DNA from: Clostridia bacterium
Lineage (GTDB): Bacteria; Bacillota; Clostridia; Oscillospirales; CAG-272
DNA: 64,000 nt
Assembly (NCBI GenBank): GCA_017505785.1
Contig: JAFVOQ010000020.1
Coordinates: forward strand, 13,489-77,488
Reading direction: 5' to 3'
Shown here: in pieces, positions 28,931 through 37,074 of the stretch
Numbering within the stretch: position 1 is the stretch's first letter
Layout of the letters: each line of letters begins with the position of its first letter
Translations under genes and position numbers: made by a program
Notes under the pieces: model-generated
Database searches by the model: none
The model's input: the letters and a program-made list of their open reading frames with translations, nothing else
Told to the model about the DNA's origin: nothing

Positions 28931-30779
28931 CCTGCTTCACCTCGCTTCCAAGATAATTTTGTGCCTGACGGTTAAACATTTCGGCGTATTTTCCGTTTTG
29001 ATCCATAAGCTCCCGGTGGGTTCCGGATTCTATGATACATCCGTCGTCCATAAGAAGGATCCGATCGGCAAGCACGGCAGAAGAAAGCCTGTGTGAAATG
29101 AATATAACGCTTCTTCCCTTAGTGGCGCGCATCATATTTTCAAACATTTTATATTCGGCAATCGGGTCAAGCGCGCTGGATGGCTCATCAAGGATAACAA
29201 AAGGTGTGCTGTCCCCAAATATCCTTGCCAGTGACAGCTTTTGCTGCTCACCGACCGAGAGATTTTCTCCTTTTTTATCAAATTCGCGTGTGAGCACGGT
29301 GTCAAGACCGTTTTTCATCCGTTCTACACGTTCAAATGCGCCGCTTTCCCGCAGTGCATGCTCCACAAGCTCTCTATCTCCCGTTCTTTGGGGGCGGAGC
29401 AGGACATTGTCCTTCACGCTCATGGAAAACATTTTGAAATCTTGAAAAACCGTACTGAAGGAATTGCGATAGGATGAAAGTGAAAACTCCTTTATGTTTT
29501 GATCGCCGAGTGTGATCTCTCCTTCGGTTGGGTCATATAGGCGCAGCATCAATTTGATCAGTGTAGTTTTGCCCGAGCCATTGCTTCCTACAAGTGCTAC
29601 ACGCTCACCCTTTCGTAGGGTAAAGCTTATGTTTTTCAATGTGTCGTGCTCCGCGCCGTCATATTTGAAGAAAAGGTTTTTTACCGCGATATCTCCGCCG
29701 TCGTTGGGGGCAACAAGCGCACCGCCAACAAGGGTGGGCTCGTAATCGAGAAAGAAGCGCACGTCCTCAAGGAAAAGCGCGTGCTCGCCAAATTCGGCAA
29801 AATTTTGCACAAGGTTGTTCAGGCAATAAGAGATCGTACCGATAGATCCGATCACCACGATACAGTCGCCGATATTCATGCCTCCGTTTTGCGGACCTAT
29901 CACCATGTTGCTCCATACTGCATAAAGTGTAGCTCCCAGCACCGTAACCACCTCAAGCCCTACATTTCGGATATAGCCAAAAATTGCCTTGCGCGTGCCG
30001 TGCTTTTTTGTAAGTGCGCAAAAATCACGGATGCTTTCTCTGAAATCGCGCAGCATGTTTTCGTGCATTCCACCGATACGCATCTCTTTGGCGTATTCGC
30101 CAAGATAAAAGGTTCTGCGCACATATTCTTTGCGGCGGTTGATAGGCTTCTTTGCGGCTTTATATTTGTGATTTGCAATATTCTCAAGGCGCCTGAAAAA
30201 GCCCAAAAGGAGAGGGAACAGACCGAAAAGTATAAGTAATGGATCAATAATAAAAAGCAAAAGAGAGTTTGCAAAAAGCGCGGTGAATTTCCCGATCAGA
30301 CTGTCGAGTGTCTGCATGACTTTTATAACGCGGTTTTGTGCTTCGTCCATTGCTTTTACGTATTTGTCGTAGAAGGAAGGGGTTTCGTAGCATGCCAGTT
30401 CTACCGTTGCTGCTTTTCTAAACAGCATTTTCTGAATATGCATAGCGATTTTTCTATACATTTTTTGAGAAGTGACACGCCAAAACCATTGCAGCGCTGT
30501 GTATGTAATTAAAATGACAGCGCCGAGAATTGCGGTAAACATCAAAGCATTGGCTATGGGGGTGCCGCTTGAGATATCGTTAACAATTTTTCTTAAAAGA
30601 TAAGAGCCCGAAAGGAAATCAAGGGTTCCGTATACGATCGAGGAGGATAAATAGATAAAAAGATATATGGGCGATGCCCGCCATATCGCTTTCAGGGCAA
30701 AAATGTTGTTTGATATGTTTCTTTTAAGAGAAAGCTTTTTCTTTTTTTCTTTGGATTTATCGTTTGTTTTTTTAGGCAT
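28920..30779 (-). CDS. ABC exporter, fused permease/ATP-binding subunit (heterodimer partner)
   Basis: ATG at 30779 (MPKKTNDKSKEKKKK...). NBD motifs are GSNGSGKTT, LSVGEQQK and FVILDEPSS. It overlaps the downstream partner by 11 nt. Confidence 0.9.
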   Translation of the reverse strand: MPKKTNDKSKEKKKKLSLKRNISNNIFALKAIWRASPIYLFIYLSSSIVYGTLDFLSGSYLLRKIVNDISSGTPIANALMFTAILGAVILITYTALQWFWRVTSQKMYRKIAMHIQKMLFRKAATVELACYETPSFYDKYVKAMDEAQNRVIKVMQTLDSLIGKFTALFANSLLLFIIDPLLILFGLFPLLLGFFRRLENIANHKYKAAKKPINRRKEYVRRTFYLGEYAKEMRIGGMHENMLRDFRESIRDFCALTKKHGTRKAIFGYIRNVGLEVVTVLGATLYAVWSNMVIGPQNGGMNIGDCIVVIGSIGTISYCLNNLVQNFAEFGEHALFLEDVRFFLDYEPTLVGGALVAPNDGGDIAVKNLFFKYDGAEHDTLKNISFTLRKGERVALVGSNGSGKTTLIKLMLRLYDPTEGEITLGDQNIKEFSLSSYRNSFSTVFQDFKMFSMSVKDNVLLRPQRTGDRELVEHALRESGAFERVERMKNGLDTVLTREFDKKGENLSVGEQQKLSLARIFGDSTPFVILDEPSSALDPIAEYKMFENMMRATKGRSVIFISHRLSSAVLADRILLMDDGCIIESGTHRELMDQNGKYAEMFNRQAQNYLGSEVKQDAC

Positions 30780-30813
30780 TTTTAACCTCACTGCATAAAT
30801 GCTTACGATGGTT

Positions 30814-31023
30814 TTAGTTTTCTTCAAACAGATTTTTGATCTCAACGCCAAGCGCCGCGGCAAGATCGTCAAGTATGAGAAGGTCGGGACAGCTTTGCCC
30901 ACGTTCCCATTTGGAAACTGCTTGAACCGAAACAAAGCATTTTTCTGCCACGTCTTGCTGCTTTAAGTGTGCCATATGTCGAAGATGGGAAAGTCTTTGT
31001 CCGAAATTTTTTATATCGAGCAC
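30814..31023 (-). CDS. small XRE-family HTH regulator
   Basis: GTG at 31023 preceded by AAAGGAGG. The ~69-aa product (…FGQRLSHLRHMAHLKQQDVAEKCFVSVQAVSKWERGQSCPDLLILDDLAAALGV) is a typical HTH_3 protein. The track's longer ATG-initiated version lacks an RBS. Confidence 0.75.
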   Translation of the reverse strand: MLDIKNFGQRLSHLRHMAHLKQQDVAEKCFVSVQAVSKWERGQSCPDLLILDDLAAALGVEIKNLFEEN

Positions 31024-31287
31024 AGCTTGCCTCCTTTTATGATTTTGGTATAGATTATAATGGTTAATGCTTTTTCGAATTATATCATATATATTAAAAA
31101 TTGTCAATGACATTTACAGTTTAATTCGACAAATATGAAACAATAATATTATTTTGTTTCTATTTTTATTGAAAAAAGATGAAGTATAAAACGATCGTGC
31201 TATAAACGTAAATAGAAATATAGGCTTGACAAGCTAAATGCTTAATGTTAAAATATGTAGTAAGAATGTTAGAAAAGGGGTAAGGCA

Positions 31288-32331
31288 ATGCCAGATCTAA
31301 AGCTCATCAAAAATCCGGGATATGTTTATGATCTTATTTTTTTGTTTTATTACAAGTACAATGTCGATCAATTTCCCGAATTGTTTGAAGCAAATGAAGA
31401 AGACATGAAGTATTTTTCCGAGAAATTCAAGCTTTTTGAACCAATCTCGGATGATCTATACATTTTTTTCAGAGCCGCAGCGGATAAGCATTGCTTTTTT
31501 ACTTTAAACTATTTTCACAACTGTGCGAAGGCGTTTACAACCGAGTATGACCTTGCTTTTTTGCAAAAGCAGATAAATGATTACGACTTGTTTGTGAAAA
31601 ACGTGATCGAATACTATTTTGAAGACCTTGATGAGAGTGAAATAAATGAATGTATAGGATCAAAAAAACATTTATTTGAGATCATAAAAAAATCGGATTA
31701 TGATGATAAGTTAAAGGCAAAGCTCTATGAGTTTTTCATGGACCCGGAGTATTATATACGTGTGCTACAGTATGAGCTTATGGCGAAAGATGTTCAGCTT
31801 TCCTCCTACTATGAACGAAATTATGCGAAGATACTTGATGCGTATAATGAGTTGAATTATGAATTACTTGAGGAAAGGTTTAGCTTTCTCGAGTATCCGA
31901 AAATTGACAAGGCTGCTGGGAATCCTATATATCTTTCATTTTGCCTTTTAAATAAAAATCTTTTGCAGTTTAGATGCGCTTCACAAGTGCTTTATTTGAT
32001 AGGGATTGAGTATCTTTCTTCCCTTGAACGTTTGAAAAAAAAGCATATCGATCTTATCCCCGAGCAGTTTGGCGCGGCGCTGTCTGATGTCAACCGTGTA
32101 AAAATGCTTGAGATCATCCTGCAAAAGACAGAGTGTACCTGCAAGGATCTTGAGGTGATGCTGGGACTCCCCCCCTCAACGGCATATCATCACGTGAGCA
32201 CGCTTGAAAAGTGTGGGGTTGTGAAAAAAAGGATCATTAAAAAGTCGATCCTTTATAGCATTAACCGAAAATACTTTGCTACAATAATAGAATATTTCAA
32301 AAAATTTTCAGAAACTACCCCAAAGCAGTAA
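31288..32331 (+). CDS. ArsR-like winged-helix protein with a ~250-aa uncharacterised N-terminal domain
   Basis: 347 aa in an AT-rich gene. The C-terminal segment VNRVKMLEIILQKTECTCKDLEVMLGLPPSTAYHHVSTLEKCGVV looks like an ArsR/HTH_20 motif. Promoter TTGACA-N17-TAAAAT lies at about 31226-31254. Confidence 0.75.
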   Translation: MPDLKLIKNPGYVYDLIFLFYYKYNVDQFPELFEANEEDMKYFSEKFKLFEPISDDLYIFFRAAADKHCFFTLNYFHNCAKAFTTEYDLAFLQKQINDYDLFVKNVIEYYFEDLDESEINECIGSKKHLFEIIKKSDYDDKLKAKLYEFFMDPEYYIRVLQYELMAKDVQLSSYYERNYAKILDAYNELNYELLEERFSFLEYPKIDKAAGNPIYLSFCLLNKNLLQFRCASQVLYLIGIEYLSSLERLKKKHIDLIPEQFGAALSDVNRVKMLEIILQKTECTCKDLEVMLGLPPSTAYHHVSTLEKCGVVKKRIIKKSILYSINRKYFATIIEYFKKFSETTPKQ

Positions 32332-32458
32332 TAACTACGCAATACGCCGCCCTCAAGAGATCAAACGCTTTTGAACGCGTGAGGTGCATACCTCTAGAGG
32401 AAAAACATCAAAAAACGCACTCCCCTCGGAAAACAACAGGGAAAACGCAAAATAATGG

Positions 32459-32487
32459 TTGACAAGCAAATCCTTTTGTGATAAAAT
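32459..32487 (+). promoter_or_regulatory. promoter of the SCIFF operon
   Basis: TTGACA (32459-32464), a 17-nt spacer, then TGaTAAAAT (extended -10 ending at 32487). Confidence 0.55.
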
Positions 32488-32519
32488 TTTACTAACGAAC
32501 AGCAAAGGAGATTTTTCTC

Positions 32520-32660
32520 ATGAAAAGAATTACAACCATTGAAACCAAGGATATTGCAAAAACCGTAACGACCGGCGGCTGCGGCGAGTGCCAAACCTCT
32601 TGCCAGTCTGCTTGCAAAACCTCTTGCGGCGTTGCAAATCAGCAGTGCGAGAACAAGTAA
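32520..32660 (+). CDS. scfA: SCIFF (six-cysteines-in-forty-five) ranthipeptide precursor
   Basis: Hand-translated and not in the ORF track because it is under 60 aa. The product is MKRITTIETKDIAKTVTTGGCGECQTSCQSACKTSCGVANQQCENK. AAAGGAG RBS lies 8 nt upstream. The GGCGECQTSCQSACKTSC core matches the SCIFF family signature. Confidence 0.9.
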   Translation: MKRITTIETKDIAKTVTTGGCGECQTSCQSACKTSCGVANQQCENK

Positions 32661-32673
32661 TTGTTTCACACAT

Positions 32674-32709
32674 AAAACGCTGCCCCTGTGGCAGCGTTTT
32701 ATATTTGTT
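32674..32709 (+). terminator. intercistronic hairpin with T-tract between precursor and maturase
   Basis: AAAACGCTGCC-cctgt-GGCAGCGTTTT forms an 11-bp stem followed by ATATTTGTT. Confidence 0.6.
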
Positions 32710-32720
32710 AGGAGAATAAT

Positions 32721-34097
32721 ATGGTACATCAATATAAACTGAACGGATATAACATTGTGCTCGATACGGCAAGCGGCTCGGTACACGCGGTAGACGAGGT
32801 GGCGTATGACATCATTGCCATGTATGAGCATGCCACAGCCGAGGAGATCGTTTCGGCAATGCTCCAAAAATACGGCGACCGTGAGGACGTCACGCGTGAG
32901 GAGATCCTTGCCTGTCTTGACGATGTTGCGGCACTGAAGGATGCGGGCAAGCTTTTCTCGGTGGATCCTTATGAGAACCTTGCCACTACATACAAAAACA
33001 ACAGTAACGTAGTGAAGGCACTTTGCCTGCACGTGGCACACACCTGCAACCTTTGCTGCGAATATTGCTTTGCGGGGCAGGGCAAATATCAGGGTAAGGA
33101 TGCCTTGATGAGCTTTGAGGTCGGCAAGCAGGCACTTGATTTTCTCATTGCCAATTCGGGTACACGCCGCAACCTTGAGGTCGATTTCTTCGGCGGCGAG
33201 CCGATGATGAACTTTGAGGTCGTAAAGCAGCTGGTGGCTTACGCGCGCGAGGTAGAAAAGGAGAAGGGAAAGAACTTCCGCTTCACCTTTACCACAAACG
33301 GTGTACTGCTTGACGATGACGTGATGGACTTCCTCAACCGTGAGATGAGCAACGTGGTGCTCTCGCTTGACGGCAGAAGGGAGGTCAACGACCACTTCCG
33401 TAAAAACGCGGCAGGCCGCGGCAGCTACGATATTATCGTACCGAAGTTCCAAAAGCTGGTAGAGAAGCGCGGCGGCAAGAATTACTACGTGCGCGGTACG
33501 TTTACCCACCAAAACGTTGATTTTACAAACGACCTGTTCCATATGGCGGATCTCGGCTTTACCGAGCTTAGCATGGAGCCTGTTGTTTGCCCGCCCGATG
33601 ACCCGTATGCCCTCACCAAAGAGGATCTGCCCCTGCTTTTCGAGCAGTATGAGATCCTGGCAAAGGAGATGCTCAGGCGCGAAAAAGAGGGCAGACCCAT
33701 TACCTTTTATCACTATATGCTTGACCTTAAAAACGGGCCTTGCATTTATAAGCGCATCACGGGGTGCGGATCTGGTACCGAATATATGGCTGTAACGCCC
33801 GCAGGTGAGCTCTACCCCTGTCACCAATTTGTAGGTGATGCACGCTATCGCCTTGGTGACGTGTGGAACGGCGTATCGAATACCGCCGTACAGGATGAGT
33901 TTCGCCATTGTAATGCCTATGCACGTTCTGAGTGTAAGGAGTGCTGGGCAAGGCTTTACTGCTCCGGCGGTTGCGCCGCAAACGCTTACCATGCCACGGG
34001 CAGTATTGGCGGTGTTTATGAGTACGGATGCGAGCTCTTTAAAAAGCGTATTGAGTGTGCTGTGATGATGCAGGTTGCCAAATCGGAGCAGGTATGA
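32721..34097 (+). CDS. scfB: radical SAM/SPASM thioether-forming SCIFF maturase
   Basis: 458 aa with the radical-SAM motif CNLCCEYC (Cx3Cx2C) and a C-terminal SPASM Cys cluster (GCGSG…CKECWARLYCSGGCAANAY). It is directly adjacent to scfA. Confidence 0.9.
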   Translation: MVHQYKLNGYNIVLDTASGSVHAVDEVAYDIIAMYEHATAEEIVSAMLQKYGDREDVTREEILACLDDVAALKDAGKLFSVDPYENLATTYKNNSNVVKALCLHVAHTCNLCCEYCFAGQGKYQGKDALMSFEVGKQALDFLIANSGTRRNLEVDFFGGEPMMNFEVVKQLVAYAREVEKEKGKNFRFTFTTNGVLLDDDVMDFLNREMSNVVLSLDGRREVNDHFRKNAAGRGSYDIIVPKFQKLVEKRGGKNYYVRGTFTHQNVDFTNDLFHMADLGFTELSMEPVVCPPDDPYALTKEDLPLLFEQYEILAKEMLRREKEGRPITFYHYMLDLKNGPCIYKRITGCGSGTEYMAVTPAGELYPCHQFVGDARYRLGDVWNGVSNTAVQDEFRHCNAYARSECKECWARLYCSGGCAANAYHATGSIGGVYEYGCELFKKRIECAVMMQVAKSEQV

Positions 34098-35434
34098 CAA
34101 CACCGATCTTGGATTTTGTGCGGCGTTATGCCGAAAAAAACGGCATGCGCTTTCATATGCCGGGGCATAAGGGTAAGGCGCACCTCGGCTGTGAGCAGCT
34201 TGATATAACCGAGATCAAGGGTGCCGACGTGCTCTATGATGCCATGGGAATTATTGAGGAGAGTGAGCAAAACGCCACGGCACTCTTTGGCAGCGCACAC
34301 ACCTTTTATTCTACCGAGGGGGCTACGCTTGCCATTAAGGCAATGCTTGCCACCGTGGCAACGCAGCTGCCGCGCGGCGCGCAGCTCCACATACTCGCGG
34401 CGCGTAATGCCCACAAGTCGTTTTTGTACGGCGCGGCACTTCTTGACGCCAAGGTGACCTGGCTTTATTCGACAAAGGCGGCACATCTTTGTGCTTGCCC
34501 CCTCTTGGCAGATGATGTAAAGAGCGCACTTTTGGCGTGTGAGGAAAAGCCCCACGCCGTGTATCTTACCTCGCCCGATTACCTCGGTAATGTGGCGGAT
34601 ATCGCGGCGATTGCCGCCGTTTGTGAAGGCTTTGGTGTGCCCTTGCTTGTGGACAATGCACACGGCGCGTATCTTAACTTTTTGTCGCCCTCAAGGCATC
34701 CTATTGCATTGGGTGCTACCATGTGTGCGGATTCTGCCCATAAAACCTTACCTGTTTTAACGGGTGGGGCGTATTTGCATATTGCCAAAAAGGCACCCGA
34801 AGCGTATTTAAAGGGCGCAAGAGATGCGCTTTCGCTCTTTGCCTCTACCAGTCCCTCGTATCTCATACTCCAGTCACTTGACCGCTGTAACGCATATCTT
34901 GCGGGTGAGTATCCCACAGCACTTGCCGAAACGGCGGCGCGGATCGCCGGCGTTCGTGCGGTGCTTTCATCACACGGCTACTGTGTGCTTGAGGGCGAGC
35001 CCTTAAAGATCGTGATCGAGGCGACTAAAAGCGGTTACACGGGTGAAGCACTTGCAGACATTTTGCGTGAAAACGGCATTGAGCCCGAATTTGCCGACAA
35101 GGAATTTTTGGTGCTGATGTGCACCGAGGGGAACGGGGAAGCGGAGCTTTTGCATCTTTGCACAGTCTTGTGCAGTGTGCCGCTTGGCGCAGCACTTCCA
35201 CAAAAGCAGCTTCCCACCATACGCCCCGTGCCCTCCTTATCCATAAGAGAAGCAATGCTTTCTCCCTGTGAAACGGTGCCGCTTTCCCCGGCACAGGGGC
35301 GCATTTGCGCCGCCCCCACCGTTTCCTGCCCACCTGCCGTACCCATTGCGGTGGCAGGCGAGTATATCGATGCGGATGTTGTTGCGCTCCTTAGGCATTA
35401 CGGTGTTGATAAAATAAAAGTTGTAAAAGAATAA
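34094..35434 (+). CDS. PLP-dependent Orn/Lys/Arg decarboxylase family protein (YaaO-like)
   Basis: The ATG at 34094 overlaps the scfB stop (ATGA). Motifs are FHMPGHKG and the PLP-lysine region DSAHKTLPVLTGG. Confidence 0.85.
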   Translation: MTTPILDFVRRYAEKNGMRFHMPGHKGKAHLGCEQLDITEIKGADVLYDAMGIIEESEQNATALFGSAHTFYSTEGATLAIKAMLATVATQLPRGAQLHILAARNAHKSFLYGAALLDAKVTWLYSTKAAHLCACPLLADDVKSALLACEEKPHAVYLTSPDYLGNVADIAAIAAVCEGFGVPLLVDNAHGAYLNFLSPSRHPIALGATMCADSAHKTLPVLTGGAYLHIAKKAPEAYLKGARDALSLFASTSPSYLILQSLDRCNAYLAGEYPTALAETAARIAGVRAVLSSHGYCVLEGEPLKIVIEATKSGYTGEALADILRENGIEPEFADKEFLVLMCTEGNGEAELLHLCTVLCSVPLGAALPQKQLPTIRPVPSLSIREAMLSPCETVPLSPAQGRICAAPTVSCPPAVPIAVAGEYIDADVVALLRHYGVDKIKVVKE

Positions 35435-35470
35435 AAATGATCCACCGATCGTAATCGGTGGATCATTTTT
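35433..35470. terminator. bidirectional intrinsic terminator
   Basis: AAAAATGATCCACCGAT-cgta-ATCGGTGGATCATTTTT forms a perfect 17-bp stem between convergent genes. Confidence 0.85.
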
Positions 35471-35484
35471 ATTGTAAAACTGCG

Positions 35485-36000
35485 TTACGGTGTCAAAATT
35501 TTTTGGCAGATCAAAAGCGTTTTTTGGAGCGTTTCGCTAAGCCCCTCGGCGCAGGTTTCCTCATCTACAATATGATCGGCATATGCTTCATAAAGCGCGG
35601 TGCGCTCGCGGTAAAGATCCTTTAAGGTATATCCCTCGCGTAAGATCACGCCGCGATGCACGTAATCGCCAAGACGGGCGGTAAGCGTTTCATAGCTGAT
35701 CTTCAAATAGATCACCGTTCCAATGCTTTTGAGGTGCGCCATTGCCTCCTTGCCGTAAACGGCACTGCCACCCGTGGAGATGACGGTGCGGCTCGCTTCA
35801 AGCGCGGCGCACACCTCGTTTTCAAGCTGTAAAAAGCCCTCTATGCCGCGCTCGGCAATGATCTCGTGCAGCAGCTTTCCGTGGTGCTCCTGTATGGCGA
35901 GGTCGGTGTCGATAAAACGGTAGCCAAGGTTTTTGGCAAGCAATACCCCCACCGTGCTTTTGCCGCACGAGGGCATGCCGATGAGTATGATGTTGTTCAT
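35485..36000 (-). CDS. aroK: shikimate kinase
   Basis: 171 aa with the P-loop GMPSCGKST. Size and pattern are typical for AroK. Confidence 0.9.
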   Translation of the reverse strand: MNNIILIGMPSCGKSTVGVLLAKNLGYRFIDTDLAIQEHHGKLLHEIIAERGIEGFLQLENEVCAALEASRTVISTGGSAVYGKEAMAHLKSIGTVIYLKISYETLTARLGDYVHRGVILREGYTLKDLYRERTALYEAYADHIVDEETCAEGLSETLQKTLLICQKILTP

Positions 36001-36009
36001 GCGCCCTCC

Positions 36010-37074
36010 TTATTTTAGCGAAAAGGTGAGCTTGACGGGGTTGTGGTCGGAGTTGTTAAAATCCTCGTTTAGCGTTTGGCAGGCACTGACGGTAATATTA
36101 TCGGAAACGATAAAGCCGTCAACCGTCACCTCAAAGGTCGTGCCTTTTTGGTAGCCCGTGTCGCAGTTTCGGCAGCTGTGCGTGCTTCCGTCACCGCACT
36201 TGAGCGAGAGCCCCTCGGGCAGCAGTGCTGTGGGAAAGGGCTGTGCCCAGGTGTTTTCGCCCCCGTCGCCAAGTCCTAAGAGATCCTTGTTAAAGTCACC
36301 ACCTGCCAGTACGTAGTTGCCCTTTTGGTACTCTGCCGCCATATCGGAAAGCAACAGCGTTAATTGCTCGGTGGCAATGGTGCCGTCACTGGTGTAGGCA
36401 GAAAGGTGAAGATTGTAAAGATAAAGTGTTTTGCCGTTCTCAACCGGCAGTGCCATTTTATGATAGCAGCGGTCAAGATCAAGAAATTTCATAAACCCTT
36501 TCTCAACGGGCAGCTCCACGCGCTTAGCAGAAAGGATCTCCCCCGAGCTTAGCGTCAGCAGCCCTGCCTTTGATTTTCCGTGCGGCGAGGTAAAGGGATA
36601 AAACAGATAGGGAGAATCGTAATTCTCGGCAAAGCTTTTGCTGTATGAGGGGAATTTTTCCGAAATGTAGTCCTTTTGGTTAACGTGGTAGCTTCTTGTC
36701 GCGTCGGTATCGACCTCTTGCAGAAACATAAAGTCGGGGTTCTCGGCAAGAAGACGGGATAGCATACCGTCAAGGTTTTTGAAGACCTCCTCTTCGGAGT
36801 AGGCGCGCGACTCTGTGCCGCCGTCCATAAAAAAGCTGAAGTCGCGGCTGTATGCCGCAAAGCCGATGTTCCACGTGATAAAGGAATATTCGGTCTGCAC
36901 GGCAACCTTGTCGCTGCCGACTGCCGCTATCGCGGTTTCCTTGTCACCGATGCGGTAGTAAGCGATCAGCACATAAGAGAGGTACCCACCCGCCACCAGC
37001 AAAAGCGCAAGCAGCGCGCATGCGGCACCAAGCCCTATCTGTTTCAGTGTCCTTTTTGCCGTGTTGCTCATCAC
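36010..37074 (-). CDS. membrane-anchored endonuclease/exonuclease/phosphatase (EEP) family protein
   Basis: 354 aa with an N-terminal TM helix. EEP hallmarks are present (ITWNIGFA…, FLQEVD, C-terminal SDHNPV). Confidence 0.8.
   Translation of the reverse strand: MMSNTAKRTLKQIGLGAACALLALLLVAGGYLSYVLIAYYRIGDKETAIAAVGSDKVAVQTEYSFITWNIGFAAYSRDFSFFMDGGTESRAYSEEEVFKNLDGMLSRLLAENPDFMFLQEVDTDATRSYHVNQKDYISEKFPSYSKSFAENYDSPYLFYPFTSPHGKSKAGLLTLSSGEILSAKRVELPVEKGFMKFLDLDRCYHKMALPVENGKTLYLYNLHLSAYTSDGTIATEQLTLLLSDMAAEYQKGNYVLAGGDFNKDLLGLGDGGENTWAQPFPTALLPEGLSLKCGDGSTHSCRNCDTGYQKGTTFEVTVDGFIVSDNITVSACQTLNEDFNNSDHNPVKLTFSLK

Noticed and set aside
30780-30935. Upstream extension of the first ABC gene (671-aa version)
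   Set aside because: It would overlap the XRE gene on the same strand. The ATG at 30779 yields the usual Lys-rich N-terminus before TM1.
27050-34097. ABC exporter pair as the dedicated SCIFF exporter/immunity system
   Set aside because: It is unsupported. The ABC genes are on the opposite strand in a compositionally distinct island, have their own XRE regulator and lack a peptidase (C39) domain. I kept this only as a low-priority hypothesis inside a finding.
32394-34103. 569-aa minus-strand ORF spanning the SCIFF precursor and maturase
   Set aside because: It lies antisense to the radical SAM gene, which has clear Cx3Cx2C and SPASM motifs. Accepting it would erase the true system.
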